From Candidatus Magasanikiibacteriota bacterium (GTDB lineage: Bacteria > Patescibacteriota > Patescibacteriia > Magasanikbacterales > 2-02-FULL-50-9b), in NCBI GenBank assembly GCA_943349075.1, contig CALQYY010000001.1:8312-72311 (forward strand): a stretch of DNA of 64,000 nt, given 5' to 3'. The notes beneath the pieces were generated by a model. That model saw nothing but the letters and a program-made list of their open reading frames with translations, did not search any database and had not been told where the DNA came from. Shown here piece by piece: positions 1-8,275 of the stretch. The first letter of the stretch is position 1; each line of letters begins with the position of its first letter. The position numbers and the translations under genes are program-made.

Positions 1-86
1 ACGAGCTCATCTTTAAGACAAAACGAAGGAGGTATTCGTCGTCGCGCGTGATATTTTTTGTGAATTCACGAATCGTTTTCATACGA

Positions 87-136
87 TTGACGGTATCATG
101 AATTTCTGGTATTTTCAATAGTACACCAGAGGAGGT
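87..136 (+). promoter_or_regulatory. sigma70-like promoter (TTGACG-17-TATTTT, extended -10 TG) and strong SD AGGAGGT for the NYN gene
   Basis: TTGACG 87-92, TATTTT 110-115, AGGAGGT 130-136, ATG 142. Confidence 0.6.
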
Positions 137-141
137 GGATC

Positions 142-969
142 ATGGTTAGTGTAAAGTCAGTGCGTTTCTTCGTAGATTCTCAGAACTTTCTGAGATGTTT
201 CTGGCCAGAGAACAGTAGCGCTCAGTTCGCGCTTCGTGAAGTTAATTGGGGGTTACTTACAAAGGCAATTGTTGAAAAAATAGGAGCAACATCCTACAAC
301 ACAGTTAATTTTTATGAGGCATTTCCTGGGGGCGAGCTTCCAAAAGACCCGAGTACTTATCGACCGGGTTTTGCTCAACTTGTAGGAAAGGAGCTTCAGA
401 GTAACCCGAAATTTCTTATCAGGCCAGGGAGTCTTAAAATGAACGACTACGGTAGGCTTAGTGAGAAAGGTATAGACACGACAATTGTTGTTGATATGAC
501 GCGCGGCGCAATACTCGGAGAGTATGACGTTGCAGTGCTGTTTAGCGGTGATCTGGATATGAAGCCAGGGGTCATAGAAGTCCTTCGAAGTGGTCGCGAG
601 TGTGTCATTTGCGGCTGGAATCAGCGAGGCTTGTCGTACGAGCTGAAAAAGCTGATACAACAAGGAAATGGCTTGACCTACCTGGACTTAACTACGCTTG
701 GCACCGCGTTCATAACGCGTGTCAGCTCACTAAAAAAGAACCGAGAGTTATCGTCTGGTGAGTTTGCGGTTTACCTGCTGCTCGCGGACTATCATAATCA
801 GGGGATAAACTGGGTGCCCGCCCAAGATGTGGTTAGCTCAACGTTTCGTGGGATGCCTCCTGGACCCATGAATCGATACAGCTTTCTGCGCAACTTGGCC
901 ACCAATAACCTAATAGAAACAGACTTCTTTCAGATGGGTCCGCAGGCGAACGTACGGCTTGTGGCCTGA
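142..969 (+). CDS. NYN (LabA/DUF88, PIN-like) domain protein with C-terminal helical/wHTH-like extension
   Basis: FFVDSQNF, EKGIDTTIVVDM and LFSGDLDM are the conserved acidic NYN motifs. Confidence 0.85.
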   Translation: MVSVKSVRFFVDSQNFLRCFWPENSSAQFALREVNWGLLTKAIVEKIGATSYNTVNFYEAFPGGELPKDPSTYRPGFAQLVGKELQSNPKFLIRPGSLKMNDYGRLSEKGIDTTIVVDMTRGAILGEYDVAVLFSGDLDMKPGVIEVLRSGRECVICGWNQRGLSYELKKLIQQGNGLTYLDLTTLGTAFITRVSSLKKNRELSSGEFAVYLLLADYHNQGINWVPAQDVVSSTFRGMPPGPMNRYSFLRNLATNNLIETDFFQMGPQANVRLVA

Positions 970-978
970 TTATAAATA

Positions 979-1032
979 ACCGTCTCTAGCAGCTAGAAGC
1001 TTAATTGCTCGCTGCTCGAGGCGGTATTTTTT
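979..1032 (+). terminator. long imperfect hairpin terminator after the NYN gene
   Basis: accgtctc-tagcagc...gctgctc-gaggcggt followed by atttttt. Confidence 0.6.
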
Positions 1033-1050
1033 GATCACACCTCCTGCATC

Positions 1051-1079
1051 TTGCCAAAAAATAATCCCCATGATACACT
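1051..1079 (+). promoter_or_regulatory. promoter of rpmE (TTGCCA-17-TACACT), near-leaderless
   Basis: -10 ends 9 nt before the ATG; no SD. Confidence 0.5.
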
Positions 1080-1088
1080 GCACCCACT

Positions 1089-1376
1089 ATGAAACAGGGT
1101 ACACATCCAAAATATAACGCTGCTGCAACCGTAAGCTGTGCTTGTGGAAACACTTTTGAAGTTGGTTCAACACAGGCAACGATTCGTGCTGAGCTTTGTA
1201 GCACCTGCCATCCGTTCTACACGGGTAAGCAGAATTTTGTTGACACTGCTCGTCGTATCGAAAAGTTCCAAGACAAAGCTACAAAACTTTCGTCAACTGA
1301 TGCTGTTCGCAGCAAAGCAGAAAAGGAGCTTGCTCGTAAGGCAAAGCGTGCAGACAAAACTGCTGCAGGAAAATAA
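1089..1376 (+). CDS. rpmE: 50S ribosomal protein L31 (Zn-binding type, C-terminal extension)
   Basis: MKQGTHPKY...CACGN...CSTCHPFYTGKQ. Confidence 0.97.
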   Translation: MKQGTHPKYNAAATVSCACGNTFEVGSTQATIRAELCSTCHPFYTGKQNFVDTARRIEKFQDKATKLSSTDAVRSKAEKELARKAKRADKTAAGK

Positions 1377-1382
1377 ATTTGT

Positions 1383-2432
1383 ATGAAAGCCGAAGAAGTT
1401 CTTCGCGAATTTCAAGCGGCAGAATTAGCTCTCCAGGACCCCGCGGTTTCTGGAGATGCTTTTCGTTTAAAAGAACTTTCTCAGAAATATTCTGAACTTC
1501 GACCGGTTGCAGAAAAGGTTTTAGAGCTTCAGCGCTACGAGGGTGCGCTTAAAGAATCGGAAGAAATCATTGCAGCCAACGATGAGCCTGAGTTGGTTGA
1601 AATGGCGCGTCTTGAGGTTGATGAGCTCGTGATTAAGATTGCAGCGCTTCAGGCGGAAATCAAAGAAATGCTTCGCGAGCCAGATCCATTTGTAAATAAA
1701 AACGTAATTGTTGAAATTCGTGCGGGAGTTGGCGGTGATGAGGCGGGGCTTTTTGCTGCTGAACTTTATCGAATGTACACCATGTTTGCGGGTACGCGCG
1801 GGTGGAAGGTTGATTTGATGTCGATGAGCCGATCGGGGATTGGTGGAATCAAAGAAGTGGTTTTTGGAATCAAAGGCCGTGGTGTTTACGGCGATCTTCA
1901 GTTTGAGTCGGGTGTTCATCGTGTACAGCGCGTGCCAGAAACCGAAAAAGCGGGGCGCGTTCATACCTCAACAGTGACCGTTGCGATTATGCCTGAGCCT
2001 GAGGCGGTTGATATTAATTTGGATTTGAAGGATTTAAAAATTGAAACAACAACATCGCAAGGTGCGGGAGGTCAGTCGGTTAATACGACCTACAGTGCGA
2101 TTCGCATGGTTCATTTGCCAACGGGTATTGTGGTTTCGTGTCAGGATGAACGCTCACAGGCGCAAAACAAAGAGCGTGCGATGCAGATTATGCGTGCACG
2201 TGTGTTTGAGGCCGAGGTTGCGCGAGTTGCAGCAGAGCGCGCAGCAAAGCGCAAGTCGCAGGTTGGATCAGGTGATCGATCAGAAAAAATCCGCACATAT
2301 AATTTTCCGCAAGATCGTGTTACCGATCATCGCATCGAAGAGTCGTGGCATAATTTGCCAAAGATCATGGCGGGTGAAATCGAACCGATTATTGATGCTC
2401 TTAAAAGGGCTGATGCGGAGTCTCAGGACTAA
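1383..2432 (+). CDS. prfA: peptide chain release factor 1
   Basis: [12 protein letters not shown] (PxT motif), [23 protein letters not shown]. Confidence 0.97.
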   Translation: MKAEEVLREFQAAELALQDPAVSGDAFRLKELSQKYSELRPVAEKVLELQRYEGALKESEEIIAANDEPELVEMARLEVDELVIKIAALQAEIKEMLREPDPFVNKNVIVEIRAGVGGDEAGLFAAELYRMYTMFAGTRGWKVDLMSMSRSGIGGIKEVVFGIKGRGVYGDLQFESGVHRVQRVPETEKAGRVHTSTVTVAIMPEPEAVDINLDLKDLKIETTTSQGAGGQSVNTTYSAIRMVHLPTGIVVSCQDERSQAQNKERAMQIMRARVFEAEVARVAAERAAKRKSQVGSGDRSEKIRTYNFPQDRVTDHRIEESWHNLPKIMAGEIEPIIDALKRADAESQD

Positions 2433-2433
2433 C

Positions 2434-2564
2434 TTGACGAGTTTAAGCTATTTTGCTAAACTTCGACCACTAATTAACAAATCATCTGCCTAGCAAACCG
2501 TCCGCGACCTGCCCGTTTATTCGGGTCCGCGAGGCGAGGGTAGAGCCGATTAAAAGGATAATTT
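2434..2564 (+). promoter_or_regulatory. rpsB promoter (TTGACG-17-TAAACT) and structured GC-rich 5' leader, putative S2 autoregulatory leader
   Basis: consensus -35/-10 at 2434-2462; leader hairpin gcccg-tttatt-cgggt within cgcg...cgcg; S2 leaders are known upstream of rpsB. Confidence 0.55.
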
Positions 2565-3320
2565 ATGCCAAAACTTCCAACACTCGAGGAAATGCTCGCA
2601 GCGGGCATGCATTTTGGCCATCGCTCACAGCGCTGGCACCCTAAGTCAAAGCCGTTCATTTTCGGTGAACGCCAAGGTATCCATGTAATTAACCTTGAAG
2701 CTACACAGGAAAAACTTGCAGAAGCATGTGACTTCGTAAAGAAACTCGCATCAGAAGGCAAGTCAGTATTGTTTCTTGGAACAAAGCAGCAGGCTCAGGC
2801 TATTGTGAAAGCAGAAGCAGAGCGCTGTGGAATGCCTTACAACATCGAAGGATGGCTTGGAGGTCTCGTTACAAACTTTGATGAAATCGGAAAGCTTCTC
2901 GAACGCTATCGCAAGATGCGCTCAGACCGCGAAGCTGGTGCTTGGGACAAGTACACCAAGAAAGAGCGTTCAGTTATGGAAGCTGACTTCCAGAAAAAGC
3001 GCGTTGTTCTTGAAGGTCTTAGCTCACTCAAGAAAACTCCAGATGCAATGTTCATCGTTGACATCCGTACAGAAAAAACAGCTGTTGTTGAATCATTGGT
3101 TCGCCACATTCCAACAATTGCGATTACTGATACAAATGTAAATCCAGAACAGGTAACACATCCAATTCCAGCTAATGACGATGCAGTTAAGTCAATTGCA
3201 CTCATCACAAAAGCACTCGCAGATGCGATCCTTGAAGGAAAAGCACTCCGCGCAGCAGCTCCGGAGGAAAAAGTTGTAAACAACAATAACGCAGCACCAC
3301 TCGTCGCTGCAAAACAATAA
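2565..3320 (+). CDS. rpsB: 30S ribosomal protein S2
   Basis: MLAAGMHFGH, DTNVNP, IPANDDA. Confidence 0.98.
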   Translation: MPKLPTLEEMLAAGMHFGHRSQRWHPKSKPFIFGERQGIHVINLEATQEKLAEACDFVKKLASEGKSVLFLGTKQQAQAIVKAEAERCGMPYNIEGWLGGLVTNFDEIGKLLERYRKMRSDREAGAWDKYTKKERSVMEADFQKKRVVLEGLSSLKKTPDAMFIVDIRTEKTAVVESLVRHIPTIAITDTNVNPEQVTHPIPANDDAVKSIALITKALADAILEGKALRAAAPEEKVVNNNNAAPLVAAKQ

Positions 3321-3330
3321 TCATCATACT

Positions 3331-3924
3331 ATGATCGATTCTAAGCTCATTGCACAACTTCGTGAAAAAACTGGCGCAGGCATCGTTGATGTTAAGGCGG
3401 CGCTCGACGAAACAAATGGCGACATGACTGCGGCAGAAGAATTACTTCGCAAGAAGGGAATTTTGAAGGCTGGTAAAAAGTCAGATCGCGTTGCAGGTGA
3501 AGGTATTGTTTACTCATACATTCACGGCGGTGGTAAGGTTGGTGTTATGCTCGAACTTCGTTGCGAAACAGATTTTGTTGCTCGCACTGACGGCTTCGTT
3601 CAGCTCGCACACGACATCGCACTCCACATCGCAGCGATGAACCCTCTTTACTTGGACGAAACAGCAGTTCCTGCTGAACTCGTTGAAAAAGAGCGTGAAA
3701 TCTACAAAGCAGAACTCGCAGAATCAAAAAAGCCAGAAGAAATTATGGCAAAGATTCTCGACGGTAAGGTTCAGAAGTACTACAGCGATATTTGTCTTCT
3801 TAAGCAGGCATTCATCAAAGATGAATCAATGACTGTTGAAGATGTAATCAAGCATGGTATTTCAAAGATGGGTGAAAACATTCAGATGAAACGATTCGTT
3901 CGCTTCCACCTCGGACAGGAATAA
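3331..3924 (+). CDS. tsf: elongation factor Ts (short form)
   Basis: LREKTGAGIVDVKAAL, ELRCETDFVA. Confidence 0.97.
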   Translation: MIDSKLIAQLREKTGAGIVDVKAALDETNGDMTAAEELLRKKGILKAGKKSDRVAGEGIVYSYIHGGGKVGVMLELRCETDFVARTDGFVQLAHDIALHIAAMNPLYLDETAVPAELVEKEREIYKAELAESKKPEEIMAKILDGKVQKYYSDICLLKQAFIKDESMTVEDVIKHGISKMGENIQMKRFVRFHLGQE

Positions 3925-3937
3925 TCCTTGAAGATTT

Positions 3938-3965
3938 AAAAAGCCGGCTGCTAGCCGGCTTTTTT
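3938..3965. terminator. bidirectional intrinsic terminator
   Basis: aaaaagccggct-gct-agccggcttttt between convergent tsf and the MazG-like gene. Confidence 0.85.
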
Positions 3966-4286
3966 GTTTTTGAACCATTTTTCTTCAAACGCTGTCTCGA
4001 GATCTATACCGAGTAGGTGGGCGTTAACGATTGCCATACCGACGACGTCGGCGAGTTCCTTAGCAAGTTCATTTTTTGATTCAATCTCAGAGAGTCTTTT
4101 TTCTGGACGACACTTATTATGATGAATCAGTATTGCTTGTGCAAATTCACCAACCTCTTCGTAGAGTTTGAGAAGTGCGAAATTTTGATCAATTTCAATT
4201 CCGTAATGTTTTCCATAGCTATCCGCGTTTGCAACAATTTTCTCTTGCAACAATTTAAAATCCATATTATTTTGAGAGTAATTCAA
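3951..4286 (-). CDS. MazG-like nucleotide pyrophosphohydrolase (start may be the downstream Met)
   Basis: KLYEEVGEFAQA...ELAKELADV, the EExxE/ELAD pattern. Confidence 0.85.
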   Translation of the reverse strand: MNYSQNNMDFKLLQEKIVANADSYGKHYGIEIDQNFALLKLYEEVGEFAQAILIHHNKCRPEKRLSEIESKNELAKELADVVGMAIVNAHLLGIDLETAFEEKWFKNKKAG

Positions 4287-4515
4287 GGTCTGTTTCGAGA
4301 TTGTCTAAGTTTTCACGAAGGATGATGCGTGATTGCTGAACTCCTTTTTTGAAGATGTCTTCACCACAGGTGTTGAGCAGGAAGTCGAGCAAGTCTTCGG
4401 CTGCAATCATTCCAATTTCTTCACCACGCTCGGCGTTAAAATATGCAATCAGTTCGTTTATTGTTTCGGCGCGTTTCTCGCGTGTAAGAAAATCACCTTT
4501 TCGATTGATGGTCAT
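4267..4515 (-). CDS. DUF2164-family protein
   Basis: YFNAERGEEIGMIAAEDLLDF...FKKGV; start moved to MTINRKG. Confidence 0.75.
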   Translation of the reverse strand: MTINRKGDFLTREKRAETINELIAYFNAERGEEIGMIAAEDLLDFLLNTCGEDIFKKGVQQSRIILRENLDNLETDLELLSK

Positions 4516-4636
4516 AGGTGAGTAGATGGTAGCATATGAGTATGTTTTTGAGAACTTATATTGATGGTTTTTGTTCGTTCGGCCCAGTTTTCTATTTGTG
4601 ATATAATGCAAATAATTTTGTACCTTTGTTTTTTAT

Positions 4637-6235
4637 ATGTTAACAACACCGCAAAAAATAGTAGAAGCAACCGTACATTCGGTTGATTTGATTGCTCATG
4701 GTGTTAAAAAGATTTCGTTCAAAGTTAACGGTAATTTTAGCTTCACACCGTCGCAGTATGTTTGGCTTGAAATTCTGGATGGTCAAATCGCTGATAAAAA
4801 AGGAACACGAAGAGCTTTCTCAATTTTAAATACTCCTAATGATGAAAATGTCATTGAGATTGTTGCGAGAATTAGCGAGAGCGGCTACAAACAAAATTTG
4901 TTTGCGCTTAAGTCGGGTGATCGTGTTTTATTGCATGGGCCTTTTGGATGTTCTTTTGTTTTGAACGAAAAGAATCTCCCAAAAAACCTAATGCTTATAG
5001 CTGCGGGCGTTGGTATAGCACCATTTTTGTCAGTTATTCGAAATATTAAGGACAAGAAAATTCCGATTAATTGTTTTTTGGTTTATCTTAATAACGATAA
5101 AGAATCAACGCCTTTTATTGAAGAGATTGAAGAAATTAAATCAAAAAATAAATTTTTTGATTATATTATTTCGTATGAAAATTTTACATGGGAGAGCGCA
5201 AAAAAATTGAATAATGATTTTTCTGAACAGTCTGTTTGGTGGGTTGCTGGACCTCAAGCAATGGTTGACCATACTTTTCTCGAGCTTGAAGGCGCGGGGA
5301 TATCAAAAAATAGCATGGTTTTTGAGAATTATTATCCGACGGTTCGAAATAATTTGACTGCAGAAAAAATCGCTGAGCAATTTGTTGGCAATAATATTTT
5401 TGCAAAGGCAATTCAGAATTCAACAAATCACACAGTTATTACGGATTACAACGGAGTTGTTTTGTTTGCAAACCTCGCTGCAAGTCGAATTACGGGTTAT
5501 ACCTCAGATGAGATTATTGGAAATACCCCTCGATTGTGGGGAGGTCTCATGGATGGAGATTTCTATAAAAGTTTTTGGGTAAAAAAACGATCAGGCCTTC
5601 CATTTGAAGGTGAAATTATGAATCGTCGTAAAAACGGAGATGTGTATTTTACGATTGCACATATAGCTCCGATTCTTGATGAGGACAAAAATATAATCGG
5701 CTATATTGGGACTGAAGAAGATATTACAGAATTAAAAGCGAAGGAGGAAAAAGTCAGAAATAGTGAGATGCGATTTAAGTTTGCTTTTGAAGGAAGTCGC
5801 GATGGTTTGTGGGATGCAAATCTAGAAACGGGTTCAACATTTTTTTCACAAAGATCGCTTGAGATTGTTGGGTGCGGAAAAGAAGATCAGATAGCGTCTA
5901 TGAGTAAATGGAAAGAGTTTATTCTTGCAGAAGATCTTGCGAGAGTTGAGGAGGAGTGGGCTGCACATCTAAGTGGTGCAAAGCCATATTACGAAAGTGT
6001 CTACAGAATTCAGTGTAAAAATGGTAGTGAGGTAAAGTGGGTATTGGATCGCGGCCTAATCACAGAAAGAGACGCGCGCGGAAAGGGTTTGCGCGCCGTT
6101 GGTACTTTTACAGACATAACAGAGTCGAAAGAAAAAGAGAAAGAGTTAGAGTTGATGAATTCGGCTATGATAGATCGAGAATTGGTTATGGTGAATTTGA
6201 AGAAACGCATAAAAGAATTGGAGTCACATCTATGA
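4637..6235 (+). CDS. FNR-like FAD/NAD(P)H-binding domain fused to two PAS domains and a C-terminal coiled helix
   Basis: RRAFSI, GPFG, AAGVGIAPF and AGPQAMV (FNR family); ITDYNGVVLFAN..ITGYTSDEIIG and DGLWD..VGTFTDIT (PAS/PAC). Confidence 0.85.
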   Translation: MLTTPQKIVEATVHSVDLIAHGVKKISFKVNGNFSFTPSQYVWLEILDGQIADKKGTRRAFSILNTPNDENVIEIVARISESGYKQNLFALKSGDRVLLHGPFGCSFVLNEKNLPKNLMLIAAGVGIAPFLSVIRNIKDKKIPINCFLVYLNNDKESTPFIEEIEEIKSKNKFFDYIISYENFTWESAKKLNNDFSEQSVWWVAGPQAMVDHTFLELEGAGISKNSMVFENYYPTVRNNLTAEKIAEQFVGNNIFAKAIQNSTNHTVITDYNGVVLFANLAASRITGYTSDEIIGNTPRLWGGLMDGDFYKSFWVKKRSGLPFEGEIMNRRKNGDVYFTIAHIAPILDEDKNIIGYIGTEEDITELKAKEEKVRNSEMRFKFAFEGSRDGLWDANLETGSTFFSQRSLEIVGCGKEDQIASMSKWKEFILAEDLARVEEEWAAHLSGAKPYYESVYRIQCKNGSEVKWVLDRGLITERDARGKGLRAVGTFTDITESKEKEKELELMNSAMIDRELVMVNLKKRIKELESHL

Positions 6236-8274
6236 TCTTCGATAAACAAAACTTAATTCGGTTATCATTATATTTAGGCTCTGCTGGACTGTGTGTATTT
6301 GCATATTTTGGTTGGGTCACTTACGTAACTCCAATTATCCTCAAGGTACCGCATGATTTTAGTTATGCAGCAGATCTTGTGTCGGTTGATAATTTTTTTG
6401 ATGAAAATGAAAACGAATTTAGTGGTGAAAAATATTCTAATAGTTCGTTTTCATACAAAGTAGTATCTTACGAAAAAGATATTGCAAAAATTCAAAACAA
6501 TTTTGAGGTAAAATCTTTTGGAGGAAAAAAAATTTTTGCAGCTAGCCCTGTTTATGGGATTGATACAAAAACGTGGAAACATGTTAAGGGATATGGTGAC
6601 AAGGATAGGGATGGTTATTTGTTTGCTCCGCGTGGTTTAAAAAAAGACCAAACATTTAAATTTTGGTATGTTAGCACCTCGGTGGGGGCAGACATGAGAT
6701 TTGTTCGCGAAGAAAATCTTTATGGTTTAAAGGTCTATAAGTTCGAAAAAACTAGCACAGACCCTGTTGATCAGACCGAGTTTTTTACTCATTTAAAAGG
6801 TGTTCCAGAGGAGAGAGGTGTTAAGCTTGTAAATAGACTAAATATTTGGGTTGAACCTGTCTCTGGCTACGTTGTTAAGCAGGAAGAGTTTTCTGATGAT
6901 TATTATTTCTTTGACCAACAAACCGGCAAAAGAATCTCCACATATAATAAATTTTCAAACGTATATTCAGAGAAGAGTATAATTGCTCATGTAAATCAGG
7001 CGCGTACTGAGAAATATAAAATTTTAGCTCTTACTTACGGAGTACCCGCGTTGGTTCTCCTAGTTGGACTTGCTTTATTTGTCGTTAATTATTCTCACTT
7101 GAACCATACAAAACGAGTTAAAATTTTCGGTGGTATCGTTGTAATTTTCTTGATTATAATCACATCGGTTGTCACATATTTTATTAAGAAAAATATCGAT
7201 GACTCGGAATATGCGTTATTAGCCCAACAAGCAGATGAGGTTTATTTAAATGTTGATCGGAGAGTTAATTCGTATGTGGATATTTTGCGAGGAGCTCAAG
7301 GATTCATTGATTCTAGTAGTTTCGTTGATCGATCAGAGTGGACGAGGTATATAAACAATTTAGAATTGGAAAAAAAATATCCAGGAGTTTTATCAATTGG
7401 TTATGCTCCATTAGTTGATGGGGAGAATAAAGATCGTTTTATTTCGACTATTCAAAAAAATGATTTGAGTAATTTTAATATTTTTCCCGTAGAAAATAAA
7501 GCAAAGTATGCACCAATTCTGTATATTGAGCCTCAAATAGAGAGAAATGTAAAAGTGATAGGATTTGATTTTTATTCGGAATCCAGTCGAGCTAATGCAT
7601 TACAACAGGCATCAAAGATAGAAAGTCTTTCTCTTACGGGTAAAATTAAATTATTAAATGAAGGGACAGAAGACGAACATCCTGGTTTTGTGATGTATTT
7701 GCCGATATTTAATAAAACAGAAAGATCTTCTGATTTTATATATTCAAAAGAAGAGATAATTGGCTATGTATTTGCCGCATTTAGAATGGAGGATTTAATG
7801 CGCGACCTGCTCGGCTCAAAGTCGATTGATCTCTGCTTTCATATCTATGACGGCTTAATTACATCTCCAACGGCTTTAATGTATGATTACGACCCTGACA
7901 GAGTTGAAGATGTAAAAACATTGTTTTCGCGTACAGACGTTTTGAATATCGGAGATCGAATCTGGGCAATAAAATTCTATAATGATCCTAAGATTAGGGT
8001 TGAAAAAACGAAGAGTGTTTTGCCATATATAATATTCTTCGGTGGTGTGCTCTTTAGCGTGCTTTTCTATGTTGTGTTTTATTTCTTAATCACCACAAAA
8101 GAGCGGGCGATTGTGATGGCAAATGAATTAACCGAAGAATTGAAAAAAAGCGAACTAGATCTGATGGAGAAGAACAAAGCAATGGAAGAACAGATAATTG
8201 AGTCAAACAAATTGAATCAGCTCATGGTTGATCGTGAACTTGCGATGATTGAGCTTAAGAAGAAGACAAAATAA
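6232..8274 (+). CDS. membrane sensor: DUF3068-like extracellular domain, CHASE domain and C-terminal coiled helix; no kinase/output domain
   Basis: ATGA overlap start; WVEPVSGYVV; CHASE motifs YPGVLSIGYAP, ILYIEP, GFDFYSESSRANAL, GYVFAAFRM; about 4 TM segments. Confidence 0.75.
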   Translation: MIFDKQNLIRLSLYLGSAGLCVFAYFGWVTYVTPIILKVPHDFSYAADLVSVDNFFDENENEFSGEKYSNSSFSYKVVSYEKDIAKIQNNFEVKSFGGKKIFAASPVYGIDTKTWKHVKGYGDKDRDGYLFAPRGLKKDQTFKFWYVSTSVGADMRFVREENLYGLKVYKFEKTSTDPVDQTEFFTHLKGVPEERGVKLVNRLNIWVEPVSGYVVKQEEFSDDYYFFDQQTGKRISTYNKFSNVYSEKSIIAHVNQARTEKYKILALTYGVPALVLLVGLALFVVNYSHLNHTKRVKIFGGIVVIFLIIITSVVTYFIKKNIDDSEYALLAQQADEVYLNVDRRVNSYVDILRGAQGFIDSSSFVDRSEWTRYINNLELEKKYPGVLSIGYAPLVDGENKDRFISTIQKNDLSNFNIFPVENKAKYAPILYIEPQIERNVKVIGFDFYSESSRANALQQASKIESLSLTGKIKLLNEGTEDEHPGFVMYLPIFNKTERSSDFIYSKEEIIGYVFAAFRMEDLMRDLLGSKSIDLCFHIYDGLITSPTALMYDYDPDRVEDVKTLFSRTDVLNIGDRIWAIKFYNDPKIRVEKTKSVLPYIIFFGGVLFSVLFYVVFYFLITTKERAIVMANELTEELKKSELDLMEKNKAMEEQIIESNKLNQLMVDRELAMIELKKKTK

Positions 8275-8275
8275 T

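Noticed and set aside
6037-6231. N-terminal extension of the CHASE ORF in the ORF track
   Set aside because: It overlaps the upstream gene; the ATGA-coupled start at 6232 gives a normal TM N-terminus
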